This document shows positions 36,970 through 46,207 of a stretch of 64,000 bases of DNA, in pieces. The stretch comes from Candidatus Bathyarchaeota archaeon. Lineage in GTDB: Archaea; Thermoproteota; Bathyarchaeia; Bathyarchaeales; Bathycorpusculaceae. Below the pieces are notes generated by a model. That model ran no database searches, had not been told where the DNA came from, and saw nothing but the letters and a program-made list of their open reading frames with translations. The DNA is taken from the NCBI GenBank assembly GCA_963702095.1, contig OY969706.1, positions 2,816,001-2,880,000 on the forward strand. Direction: 5' to 3'. Within the stretch, counting starts at the first letter, position 1. Every line of letters starts with the position of its first letter. The position numbers and the translations under genes were made by a program.

Positions 36970-38100
36970 CTACTCTACAGTTAACTCCTGCGTAATCTTG
37001 TAATCCGCTACAACCGTGACTCCGCGCTTCTTGAACTGGCAATCCAACTCCAAATCGCCCGTGTCAACCCTGAGGCTCTTGAGCCTGTCCAGCTTGCTCT
37101 TAGTCGCGATCACCACGATGTTGTCTAAGCCGACTTGCCAAATTACTTTGCTGCTGATTTGCTGATTGCCCCTGCCAAAAATGAAGCCTTGTCCGCCGAT
37201 GGGGGTAACGATGATTTTTGCGGGTTTGTCGCTGATTTTTTCGAGGATTTGTTTTTCGTTGACGTCTCTGGCGACTATTTGCTTGTGGAGGAAGAGGTCT
37301 ACTCCGAGCAACGTTTTTTTCTGGTCCAAGAGGTCGGCGACTGTTCGTGTGGTGGTTCCGGGGCCAACTATGTAGAGGGTGTCGGGTTGCATTTCTTCGA
37401 TGATGCAGACGGCGATGGCTGCTTGATTCTCCACTTCGTTTTCTGTGGTGGCGCTTTCCATCTTGTTGCCCTGGATAAGGTGCGGTTCAAAGGGGCTAAG
37501 CATGTAACCGTAGAGTTCTGCTGAGAGGTGCCCTTGGCGGAAAGCTTCTTCGTCGATATCCATAACTTCGGCTTCGCGGACAGGCAACCCGCCCCAGAGA
37601 AACTGGATGGCAACTCTTGCGGCGGCTTGCGGGCTGATGGCGAATAGAGCGCTATGCATCTTGACGCCCGTGGGCACTCCGAGCACTGGCAGTTTCATGT
37701 CAACGGCTTTTTGAATGTCGCGGGTGGTTCCGTCGCCGCCGCAGTAAACCAGCAAATCCACGCCCTCCTCGACGATGGCTTTGGCGATGGTTTGGGTGTC
37801 TTCGGGGGCGGTCTCGGTTTTTGCTTCACCGATGACTCTGCAGGTGTAGCCCTGTTTTTTTGCTTCGTTCTCACCCATTTCGCCTGCGCCTACGACCAGT
37901 TTGAGGTGGGCTTTGGCGGTGGCGATTTCTAATAAAAAAGTTTCCGCGCGCTGTGCAGCTATGGGTTTGGCGCCGAGTGCGATGGCTTGTTGTAGGATGG
38001 CTTTGCCGTCTGTGCCTTTAAGTCCGACGGCTCCGCCCATGCCTGCGACTGGGTTTACGATGAAGCCGATTGTTTTTTGGGGAATCGCTTGAGTTGTCAA
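36970..38100 (-). CDS. ATP-NAD kinase / AcoX family protein
   Basis: NPVAGMGG, GGDGTTRD, GVKMHS, TPIGGQGFIFGRGNQQ. Confidence 0.9.
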   Translation of the reverse strand: MTTQAIPQKTIGFIVNPVAGMGGAVGLKGTDGKAILQQAIALGAKPIAAQRAETFLLEIATAKAHLKLVVGAGEMGENEAKKQGYTCRVIGEAKTETAPEDTQTIAKAIVEEGVDLLVYCGGDGTTRDIQKAVDMKLPVLGVPTGVKMHSALFAISPQAAARVAIQFLWGGLPVREAEVMDIDEEAFRQGHLSAELYGYMLSPFEPHLIQGNKMESATTENEVENQAAIAVCIIEEMQPDTLYIVGPGTTTRTVADLLDQKKTLLGVDLFLHKQIVARDVNEKQILEKISDKPAKIIVTPIGGQGFIFGRGNQQISSKVIWQVGLDNIVVIATKSKLDRLKSLRVDTGDLELDCQFKKRGVTVVADYKITQELTVE

Positions 38101-38246
38101 GGGTTATGAGCCTCTGTAGTAAATAGGCGTGGGGGATTAATAAAAAGAAAAAATCGCTTTCCTCCACAGTTGTGCCTTTGCGGAAGAATTTGTCGGTCAC
38201 CATACCGTTCACCTTCAGGTTTGCTGCAAAAAAGGGGTGGGTTGAT

Positions 38247-38801
38247 TCATCGGCGGCGTATCCACCAGATGAACACTATTACGGCAGGGATTGCGAGGAT
38301 GGCTGCTATCCGGATCAGTATGGTCACCATGGAGCCGACGACGTAATCGATGTTCCAACTTGCAATCGCCGTGTTCCAGTAGCCGTCCACGTAGACTTTG
38401 ATGGCAAACGCGATGAAGAGCAACGGCGAAACTGCTCCTCCCGCACCAGACCGTTTTTTGCCTTTGGCGGATAGGGTGTACTGCCGTTTTTCTTCTTCGC
38501 TGATTCTCTTCCACCACAGCCAACCTACGCCTGCACCTACCGCTGCTGGAATACCGATTAGGACCAGCTCCCAAAAGATCGCGTAAAGAATGAACAGCAC
38601 GAGGTTGTTCATCGTCCAGAGGTTTAGACCCGATGGGACCAGCCCTGTTACCTGTGCGTTGCCTGTGAACCAGACAAAGACGTAGACGCCGCCTGCCGCC
38701 AGCAGTATTGCAGCTGCTATGAAAGCCGTGAAGGCACCCCAGTGCTTGCGAGTGAAGAGGCGCCAACCTGCGTCGGTTGAGATTTGGGTTGTTTGGGTCA
38801 T
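38247..38801 (-). CDS. Hypothetical four-TM membrane protein
   Basis: Four hydrophobic segments; 15 nt downstream of the DUF996 gene. Confidence 0.75.
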   Translation of the reverse strand: MTQTTQISTDAGWRLFTRKHWGAFTAFIAAAILLAAGGVYVFVWFTGNAQVTGLVPSGLNLWTMNNLVLFILYAIFWELVLIGIPAAVGAGVGWLWWKRISEEEKRQYTLSAKGKKRSGAGGAVSPLLFIAFAIKVYVDGYWNTAIASWNIDYVVGSMVTILIRIAAILAIPAVIVFIWWIRRR

Positions 38802-38816
38802 GTTTTGCCGCTCCGT

Positions 38817-39455
38817 TTATGGTGTGGTTGCTGGTTGGGGTTGTTGTGCTGGTGGCTGCTGTGGGTACCCGTTTCCGTAGCCGTATCCGTTAGTGTAGGG
38901 CTGGTAGTCTTTGGGCTTCATGCTGGAGAAGCCTATTATGACGAATATCCACGAGACCAAGATCAGGAGCAAGCCGATACCAATTAGAGTCAGGTATGCT
39001 CCGACCATGAGCAGTGTTCCAGCGGTGGTAAATGCTGATTCGCCTGTCTTCTGTGCCAGTGTTTCATAGGCTTTCTTTAGGTGTGTTGCTGCCAGTACAT
39101 AGAATACGAATGCAATGACCAATCCGCTAACGATTGCAACTATGCCGCCTATGTTGCCTGCTGAGAATGCGAATGGCGCACCTGAGAGTAATCCTGTGAT
39201 TGCAAAGCTAACAACCCCAACGCCTATCGCTACTGCCGCCGCCATCACTGCGACTATGTAGTATTTGAGGCCGGTCCAAGCATTTTGGTTAATGCTTTCG
39301 TCTTGGTAGTAGTATGAGAGTTCTTTGGTTGCTTTAAGGAGTAGAACTATGCCGATTATGGCAAGTACCCATCCCACGGTTGGAACTGGACCAAGCATGA
39401 TAAGGATTGATCCTTCTATTGCCAGTGTTTTGCTGTATTGGAAGTTTACGTTCAT
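38817..39455 (-). CDS. DUF996-family membrane protein with Pro/Gln tail
   Basis: SKTLAIEGSIL..LSYYYQDESI..KTGESAFTTAG; ATG 39455 after GGAGG. Confidence 0.8.
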   Translation of the reverse strand: MNVNFQYSKTLAIEGSILIMLGPVPTVGWVLAIIGIVLLLKATKELSYYYQDESINQNAWTGLKYYIVAVMAAAVAIGVGVVSFAITGLLSGAPFAFSAGNIGGIVAIVSGLVIAFVFYVLAATHLKKAYETLAQKTGESAFTTAGTLLMVGAYLTLIGIGLLLILVSWIFVIIGFSSMKPKDYQPYTNGYGYGNGYPQQPPAQQPQPATTP

Positions 39456-39511
39456 TTTGTTTTGCCTCCGATTTTCCGATGCATCCACTATAGCTAATTC
39501 CTGATATAGCC

Positions 39512-39567
39512 CTAACATTTAGAAGCCTGACACTATCGTTTAGAGATGCAACTCTAAGGGTTAGAGT
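39512..39567. promoter_or_regulatory. Putative operator: repeated CTAA-N3-TTAG palindromes
   Basis: Perfect ACTCTAA-GGG-TTAGAGT at 39551-39567, overlapping TTAGAG-N6-CTCTAA, and CTAA-CAT-TTAG 42 bp upstream, in a divergent intergenic region. Confidence 0.5.
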
Positions 39568-39671
39568 CCCAAAAAAAACGTTTTAAGCCACTTCTGGGCT
39601 GGAGCTATATGGTTTTGGGGGATTAGGTTTTTATTCTAAACTGGCAACTTAGCTCCATAAGGGGTTCGGCG

Positions 39672-40151
39672 TTGGCAACTAAATCTCGAGGCATAAACGC
39701 GGACATACAGTCACCGCGCACACGGCTGCTGTACTTAATTTACAGTGCGCCCAACAGCCGCATCAAAGCCGCCCCCGGAACCAAAAGCAGCATCAGCACC
39801 GCCCTAGGCTACAAGTCGGACGGGCACTTCCACTACGACTGGAACTACCTGCTCGGCGCAAACATGATTGAGGAGAAAAACGGTTACTACCAAGTCACCG
39901 ACACAGGCAAAAAAGAGTTTGCACTGTACTCTACTGCGAGTATGAGTAACTGGATAATGGTGATTATGGGCATAGCCATCGTTTCTTTCACTGTCGGACT
40001 GCATCTTGAGTTGCTGCCGGTTTGGAGTGTAGCGTTTTTCGGCGCCGCATTGATCATGGTGGGCGGCATGTTTTTGCTTGTGGGCAAAAAAGCTAAACCT
40101 AACCTCTCCAGCGAAGCCAAAGAACTACTAAAAGAACTAAACAGGCGCTAA
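39672..40151 (+). CDS. Winged-helix protein with two C-terminal TM helices
   Basis: LLGANMIEEKNGYYQVTDTGKKE wing followed by two hydrophobic segments. Confidence 0.7.
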   Translation: MATKSRGINADIQSPRTRLLYLIYSAPNSRIKAAPGTKSSISTALGYKSDGHFHYDWNYLLGANMIEEKNGYYQVTDTGKKEFALYSTASMSNWIMVIMGIAIVSFTVGLHLELLPVWSVAFFGAALIMVGGMFLLVGKKAKPNLSSEAKELLKELNRR

Positions 40152-40186
40152 AAACAAAAAAGAAAGGTTTGGGGTGGTCTGCGTCC

Positions 40187-41608
40187 CTAGTAGGTTTCGC
40201 AGCCGATGTATTGCTTACTGACTTCGTTTAGCCATGGATAGAGCTTGCGCAATTTCTCCATGGACTCCGCGACTTTCTCCGCAGGGTACTCATATGGTTG
40301 CAAGCGACCGTTGAAGTATTCCTCGTAAGCAGACATGTCAAAGAACCCGTGACCCGTCAAAGCAAACAGCAAAGTTTTGGGTTCGTTGGCTTGTTTGCAT
40401 CGGAGTGCTTCATCGATTACGACTTTGATTGCATGGGAAGCTTCTGGCGAGGGGATGATGCCTTCGCTGCGGATGAACACTTTGGCGGCGTCGAAAGCAG
40501 CCACCTGGTTCACTGCGAGGGTGCTGATTTGGTGTTCCTTTGCTAGGGCACTGATGGTGGGTGCGATGCCGTGGTAGCGGAGTCCGCCTGCGTGGATGGG
40601 GGCTGGCATGAAGTCATGGCCCAAAGTGTGCATGGGCACCAGTGGGGTGAGTTTTGCGGTGTCGCCGTGGTCGTAGGTGTAGTAGCCACGGGTGACTTTG
40701 GGACATGCCGTGGGTTCGACGGCGATGAATTGGGTTTCTTTGGGTGCTTTCTTGCTGACTTTGTCGTAGTAGAAGGGCCAGTACAAGCCGCTGAAGCTGC
40801 TGCCGCCTCCTATGCAGCCGTAGACTGCGTCGGGGTAGTCTTCGACCATCGCCATCTGTTTCTGCGTTTCGAGTCCAGCGACGGTTTGGTGCATGCAAAC
40901 GTGGTTGAAGACGCTGCCGATGGTGTAGTTGGCTTTTTTGCCTGTTTTCTCGCTTTCCAAACTGTCCTCGACTGCTTCGCTGATTGCGATGCCTAAGCTG
41001 CCCTTGGTGTCTGGGTCTTCAGCTAAGATTTTTCTGCCTGCCGCGGTTCTGTTGCTGGGGCTGGCGATGCATTCTGCGCCGAAAGCGTTCATCATGGCTT
41101 TGCGGTAGGGTTTCTGGTCGAAGCTTGCGCGGACCATGTAGACTGTTGCTTCTAACCCAAACGTGTTAGCCGCAAACGAGAGTGCACTGCCCCATTGTCC
41201 GGCGCCGGTTTCGGTGGTGACGCGGGTGATGCCTTCTTTCATGTTGTAGTAGGCTTGGGGTACGGCGCTGTTGGCTTTGTGGCTGCCTGAGGGAGAGACG
41301 CCTTCGTATTTGTAGTAGATTTTCGCTGGAGTCTTGAGTGCTTTTTCTAGGCCTGTCGCCCGGAAGAGTGGGCTGGGTCTCCAGATCCTGTAGACTTCCC
41401 TTACTTCGTCGGGGATGTCTATCCAGCGTTCTTGGCTGATTTCTTGTCCGATGATTGCTTTGGGGAAAATTTTTGGTACTATGCCGACGCCTGGTTTGCC
41501 TGTTTCCGCTTCGATGAAGGGCGGCAGGGGGTGAGGTAGGTCGGGGGCTATGTTGTACCATTGTTTTGGTATGTCTGATTCTTTTAGTAGGATTTTTTTG
41601 TCTGGCAT
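40187..41608 (-). CDS. trpB2: Tryptophan synthase beta chain, TrpB2 type
   Basis: [39 protein letters not shown]. Confidence 0.95.
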   Translation of the reverse strand: MPDKKILLKESDIPKQWYNIAPDLPHPLPPFIEAETGKPGVGIVPKIFPKAIIGQEISQERWIDIPDEVREVYRIWRPSPLFRATGLEKALKTPAKIYYKYEGVSPSGSHKANSAVPQAYYNMKEGITRVTTETGAGQWGSALSFAANTFGLEATVYMVRASFDQKPYRKAMMNAFGAECIASPSNRTAAGRKILAEDPDTKGSLGIAISEAVEDSLESEKTGKKANYTIGSVFNHVCMHQTVAGLETQKQMAMVEDYPDAVYGCIGGGSSFSGLYWPFYYDKVSKKAPKETQFIAVEPTACPKVTRGYYTYDHGDTAKLTPLVPMHTLGHDFMPAPIHAGGLRYHGIAPTISALAKEHQISTLAVNQVAAFDAAKVFIRSEGIIPSPEASHAIKVVIDEALRCKQANEPKTLLFALTGHGFFDMSAYEEYFNGRLQPYEYPAEKVAESMEKLRKLYPWLNEVSKQYIGCETY

Positions 41609-41656
41609 TCAGTTCGCCTTTGCAGTGATCTGTTCTTGAAAGTTTTATTTAAGGCT

Positions 41657-41676
41657 TTTCTGTACAGAAATGTACG
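41657..41676. promoter_or_regulatory. TRP boxes (TrpY operator): TGTACA-N4-TGTACG
   Basis: TGTACA 41661-41666 and TGTACG 41671-41676, 4 bp apart, just upstream of the trpB2 TATA-like element; TGTACA is the TRP box of Methanothermobacter TrpY. Confidence 0.75.
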
Positions 41677-41754
41677 TGGTGGTTTGAGGAGCTGGTAAAC
41701 GCTAAACAACACATTTATACTTAGATGCACAGAACAATGCATCAGCGAGCTAAA

Positions 41755-42258
41755 ATGTGGAAGAAAATCGAAAGCCAACTCGGCAACTACCCCGAACGCC
41801 TAAAAGTCGCCAGAGTCCTCATCGAAAACGGCCTCAGCGCCCAAAATGACAAAATCTACCTCAACCAAATCGAAATTCCCCCTGTCAGAGTCGCCCGAGT
41901 CGCAGGCGTCGACCGCCGAACCGTCAACGAAACCCTCCACGCCATCCACGACAACCCCGAGTTGCGCATGATTTTCGAGGAAATCCGTCCCGCAGGCCAC
42001 AGCCTAAAAGAAATCGCTAAACACCTCAACCTAGGTGTGGTAGAAATCAGCGTAGTCAACGCCAGCTCCCCCGGCATCCTCTCCAGCGCCGCCGTGATAT
42101 TAAACAGGGCAGGTTTGAGTATACGCCAAGCCATCGTGGACGACCCTGAGCTGTCTCCTGAACCGAAGTTGACCTTTATTGTGGAACGCAAAATCCCCGG
42201 TGAACTCATCCCCGAGTTGCTAAGGATTCCAGGCGTCGCCAAAGTCTCTGTGTACTAG
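41755..42258 (+). CDS. trpY: TrpY-like HTH-ACT tryptophan-responsive regulator
   Basis: MWKKI..YPERLKVAR..GVDRRTV..PGIL..SIRQA..DPEL..PGVAKVSVY, colinear with TrpY as recalled; divergent from trpB2. Confidence 0.85.
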   Translation: MWKKIESQLGNYPERLKVARVLIENGLSAQNDKIYLNQIEIPPVRVARVAGVDRRTVNETLHAIHDNPELRMIFEEIRPAGHSLKEIAKHLNLGVVEISVVNASSPGILSSAAVILNRAGLSIRQAIVDDPELSPEPKLTFIVERKIPGELIPELLRIPGVAKVSVY

Positions 42259-42272
42259 ACGTTAGGCGTATG

Positions 42273-42310
42273 TGTGCAAGAGCATGCTTCTTTGTAGCTA
42301 TGCTTGCACA
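42273..42310. promoter_or_regulatory. Imperfect inverted repeat upstream of the H+-ATPase promoter
   Basis: TGTGCAAG...CTTGCACA arms with inner CAT/ATG and GCT/AGC pairing. Confidence 0.45.
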
Positions 42311-42416
42311 GTAACAAGCTTTTATTAGCATTATCTACCTTTAGAGTTCCTGTAGCGTTTTATAATTCTTCGCCAGCCGTTTCTGGTCTGAATTTTTAGG
42401 GTAAGGCTATGTTGTA

Positions 42417-44861
42417 GTGAGTCAAAAAACCGTCACCACTGAGGAATCCAAAAAAACTTCTATCCAGGACCTCTTTAAGAAGCTATCCAGCAACGAAAAG
42501 GGGCTCTCCTCCAGCGAAGCGCAGCAGAGGCTCCAAAAATACGGTGCAAACGAAATAGTTGAGAAAAAAATTAGTCCAATTAGAAAGTTCCTCGGTTACT
42601 TCTGGGGGCCCATTCCATGGATGATTGAAGCCGCAGTTGTTATGTCAGCAGTTATTCAGCATTGGCCAGACTTTGCAATCATACTGGTGCTTTTGATGTT
42701 TAATGCTGTGGTGGGTTTCTGGCAGGAACGCAAAGCAGACGACGCCATCGAATTGCTCAAGCAGAAACTTGCGCCCAACGCGAGGGTTCTGCGTGATGGC
42801 AAATGGATTCAAAAACCATCCAAGGAGCTTGTACCGGGCGATGTAGTTCGGATTCGACTCGGTGATATTGTCCCTGCGGACGCTAAACTGGTGAAAGGCG
42901 ACTATATTCAGCTGGATCAATCAGCGCTAACTGGGGAATCTTTGCCTGTGGAGAAGCATGTGGATGATGTTGCATATTCGGGGTCGATTGCACGGCAAGG
43001 CGAGATGGATGGACTCGTCGTTACCACAGGCATGAATACTTTTTTTGGAAAAACCACAAAGCTAGTTGAGGAAGCAGGCACAGTTAGTCATTTCCAGAAG
43101 GCAGTCACCAAAATAGGCGATTACCTCATTGCCCTAGCAGGGATAATAGTATTCATCATAATCGTCGTAAGCCTCTTTAGAGGTGAAAGCCTCCTATCAA
43201 CCATCCAGTTCTCTTTGGTTTTAACCGTTGCAGCCATCCCCGCCGCATTACCGGCTGTGCTCTCAGTCACCTTAGCCTTAGGCGCCATTGCACTTTCCAA
43301 AAAAGAAGCCATCGTAAGCAAACTGGTTGCCATCGAAGAAATGGCTGGCGTCGACGTTTTATGCGCTGACAAAACAGGCACCATAACAAAAAATGAGTTA
43401 ACCGTCGGCAAATTACAGCCCCTGAAAGGCTACACAGAAAAAGATGTCTTGCTTTTTGGAATTTTGGCTTCAAGAGAAGAGGACCAAGACCCCATTGACA
43501 CTGCTATAATAGAGAAGGGGAAAAAAACAGAAGACATCCAAAAGAGCTTGAAAGATTACACGGTTCAAAAGTTTACGCCCTTTGACCCTGTCAGAAAACG
43601 TGCAGACGCCGAAGTAAAAACCAACAATGCGAAAACACTTGTAGTGTCCAAAGGCGCCCCGCAAGTGATACTATCCTTAGTAGCCAACAAAGATGAAATA
43701 GCATCTCAAATTAACAAGTACGTCGACGATTTTGCTTCAAACGGTTACCGTGCCCTAGGCGTCGCCGAAAAAGACCAAAACCAATGGCACTACGTGGGTT
43801 TAATTGCCCTATACGATCCGCCACGTGAAGATTCAGCTCAAACCATAAAAACCGCCGCTTCCATGGGCGTAAGCGTAAAGATGGTTACAGGCGACCATGA
43901 GGCGATTGCTAAAGAGATTGCTAGTGAAGTGGGTTTAGGGACAAACATCCAGACGGCTTCTTCTTTTCTAGAAAAGAGTGATGTTGATGCAGAAGCCGTA
44001 ATTGAGCAGGCTGATGGCTTCGCAGAAGTTTATCCTGAACATAAATTCCACATCGTAAAGTTGCTGCAAGCCAAAAACCACATCGTGGGAATGACTGGAG
44101 ACGGCGTTAACGATGCACCGGCGCTAAAAGAAGCTGATGCGGGGATAGCTGTGGCAGGAGCAACAGACGCTGCAAAATCCGCTGCTGCCATTGTACTTAC
44201 AAAACCAGGGCTATCCGTTATTATTGATGCATTAAAGCAGAGTCGTCAGATTTTTCAGCGGATGAATAATTACTCAATATACCGAATAGCTGAGACATTT
44301 CGTGTCCTGTTCTTTATAGCTGCAACAATTTTGGCTTTCGAATTCTTCCCAGTTACCGCACTTATGATTGTGTTGCTTGCTATTCTCAATGATTTACCGA
44401 TAATAACCATCGCATACGACAATGTACGTTATTCGCGGAGTCCCGAAAAATGGAGTATGCGCGTTATTGTGGGAATGGCTACTTTGCTGGGTACTCTTGG
44501 CGTCATAGAATCCTTTGCGCTATTCTATGTTGGGTATCAAGTGTTGGCTTTGCCCCCTGCGGTTCTCCAGTCGTTTATGTACCTCAAACTTTCCGTTGCA
44601 GGGCACCTGACAGTGCTTATGGCAAGAACTAAGGGTCCGTTTTGGTCAGTGAGACCCGCTACACCCTTACTGTTAGCGGTAATCTTCACACAGTTAACTG
44701 CCACGTTGCTTACTGTTTATGGTATTCTGTTGCCTGCGATGGGGTGGGCGTTGGCGGGGCTTGTCTGGGGCGAAGCGTTGCTGGCTTTCTTAATAATCGA
44801 CCAAATAAAAGTTCGGTTCTACAAGGTGCTTGATCATAGCGGCGTAACTTGGACCCAGTAG
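42417..44861 (+). CDS. Plasma-membrane type (P3A) proton-efflux P-type ATPase
   Basis: FWGPIPWMIE, TGES, DKTGT, PFDPVRKR, DPPR, TGDGVNDAPALK, LNDLPIITIAYD. Confidence 0.93.
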   Translation: MSQKTVTTEESKKTSIQDLFKKLSSNEKGLSSSEAQQRLQKYGANEIVEKKISPIRKFLGYFWGPIPWMIEAAVVMSAVIQHWPDFAIILVLLMFNAVVGFWQERKADDAIELLKQKLAPNARVLRDGKWIQKPSKELVPGDVVRIRLGDIVPADAKLVKGDYIQLDQSALTGESLPVEKHVDDVAYSGSIARQGEMDGLVVTTGMNTFFGKTTKLVEEAGTVSHFQKAVTKIGDYLIALAGIIVFIIIVVSLFRGESLLSTIQFSLVLTVAAIPAALPAVLSVTLALGAIALSKKEAIVSKLVAIEEMAGVDVLCADKTGTITKNELTVGKLQPLKGYTEKDVLLFGILASREEDQDPIDTAIIEKGKKTEDIQKSLKDYTVQKFTPFDPVRKRADAEVKTNNAKTLVVSKGAPQVILSLVANKDEIASQINKYVDDFASNGYRALGVAEKDQNQWHYVGLIALYDPPREDSAQTIKTAASMGVSVKMVTGDHEAIAKEIASEVGLGTNIQTASSFLEKSDVDAEAVIEQADGFAEVYPEHKFHIVKLLQAKNHIVGMTGDGVNDAPALKEADAGIAVAGATDAAKSAAAIVLTKPGLSVIIDALKQSRQIFQRMNNYSIYRIAETFRVLFFIAATILAFEFFPVTALMIVLLAILNDLPIITIAYDNVRYSRSPEKWSMRVIVGMATLLGTLGVIESFALFYVGYQVLALPPAVLQSFMYLKLSVAGHLTVLMARTKGPFWSVRPATPLLLAVIFTQLTATLLTVYGILLPAMGWALAGLVWGEALLAFLIIDQIKVRFYKVLDHSGVTWTQ

Positions 44862-44912
44862 GCGCAGGTTAAGATTAAAAACTTAAGAAGCACAATGTAC
44901 CTCTTTTTGTAT

Positions 44913-46124
44913 ATGGATATTTTGAAGGATTATTCGGGCATCACCAGTGACCATGACTTATTGAGTATCCAGCAAAAAGCCGACAAACTCTCTGGCAAAC
45001 ACATAGTCTGCATAAACTCCACCTATCAAGGAGGTGGAGTCGCTGAAATCCTAGACAGCATCGTGATTCTGCTCAACGAGTTAGGGGTAGAGGTAGGGTG
45101 GCGAATACTGCATGGCAGCCCCGACTTTTTCACCGTAACAAAAAAATTCCACAACGCCTTACAGGGAGAAAAAATCAATTTTTCCGAGCAGAAAAAAGAC
45201 GTGTACTATGACGCGAACAAGCGTTTCTCGATTTTCACCCACCTAGACGACCATGACTTAATTATGATACATGACCCCCAGCCCTTGCCGCTGATAGATT
45301 TTTACGATAAAAAGCAACCTTGGATTTTCAGATGCCACATCGATCTCACAGCACCCAACCCCGACGTTTGGAATTACCTCAAACAATTCATCGCCAAATA
45401 CGATCACTTCATAGTTTCACTGGAACAATACAAACAGAATCTCCCCGTCCCCCAGAGTGTTGTTTACCCAGCGATCGATCCGCTTTCCTCCAAAAACAAA
45501 GACGTCTCGGACCGCGACATCGACAAGTACCTGCAGAAATACGGCGTCGATAGAGACCGCCCCATCATCACGCAGGTTTCAAGGTTTGATAAGTGGAAAG
45601 ACCCTCTGGGAGTTTTAGATGTTTTCCAAATGGTTAGAAGCAAAATTGACTGCCAACTTGTCCTCTTAGGCTCCCTGGCAACCGACGACCCCGAGGGACA
45701 GAAAATATTCCAGAAAGTGGAGGAAAAAGCCAAGAAATCCCTCTACGAAAACGACATCAAACTGGTCTTGGCGGAAAACAACTTTTTAGTCAATTGCCTA
45801 CAGCGGGCGTCCTCGGTTGTGGTGCAGAAATCGCTCCGCGAAGGCTTTGGGTTGACTGTTTCAGAGGCGCTCTACAAGGGCACCCCCGTGGTAGCCTCAA
45901 ACGTAGGCGGCATCCCCCAGCAGGTAATCGACGGTTACAATGGTTTTCTGCATGACCCCAAAGACTACGGCGGCTTCAGCAAAAGCATAATAAAAATAAT
46001 AAAAGATCCCTCTTTGAGGGTGCAGTTGGGTAGAAACGGATGTGAGCATGTTAAGAAAAACTTCTTGATAACTCGGCTCATAGATGATTGGTTAACCCTC
46101 TTTGAAGGCATGCTATGCAAGTAG
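44913..46124 (+). CDS. treT: Trehalose synthase TreT-like GT4 glycosyltransferase
   Basis: INSTYQGGGVAE, KKFHNALQG, HDPQP, RCHID, SRFDKWKDP, KSLREGFGLTVSEA. Confidence 0.88.
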   Translation: MDILKDYSGITSDHDLLSIQQKADKLSGKHIVCINSTYQGGGVAEILDSIVILLNELGVEVGWRILHGSPDFFTVTKKFHNALQGEKINFSEQKKDVYYDANKRFSIFTHLDDHDLIMIHDPQPLPLIDFYDKKQPWIFRCHIDLTAPNPDVWNYLKQFIAKYDHFIVSLEQYKQNLPVPQSVVYPAIDPLSSKNKDVSDRDIDKYLQKYGVDRDRPIITQVSRFDKWKDPLGVLDVFQMVRSKIDCQLVLLGSLATDDPEGQKIFQKVEEKAKKSLYENDIKLVLAENNFLVNCLQRASSVVVQKSLREGFGLTVSEALYKGTPVVASNVGGIPQQVIDGYNGFLHDPKDYGGFSKSIIKIIKDPSLRVQLGRNGCEHVKKNFLITRLIDDWLTLFEGMLCK

Positions 46125-46207
46125 TGGGTGCGTGGTGCGCAAAAAAGGTTTTTAAGAGCCTAAAACTGTTTACTAAGCAAGCGTGTTTCTTGTTTGGAGG
46201 AAATGTA

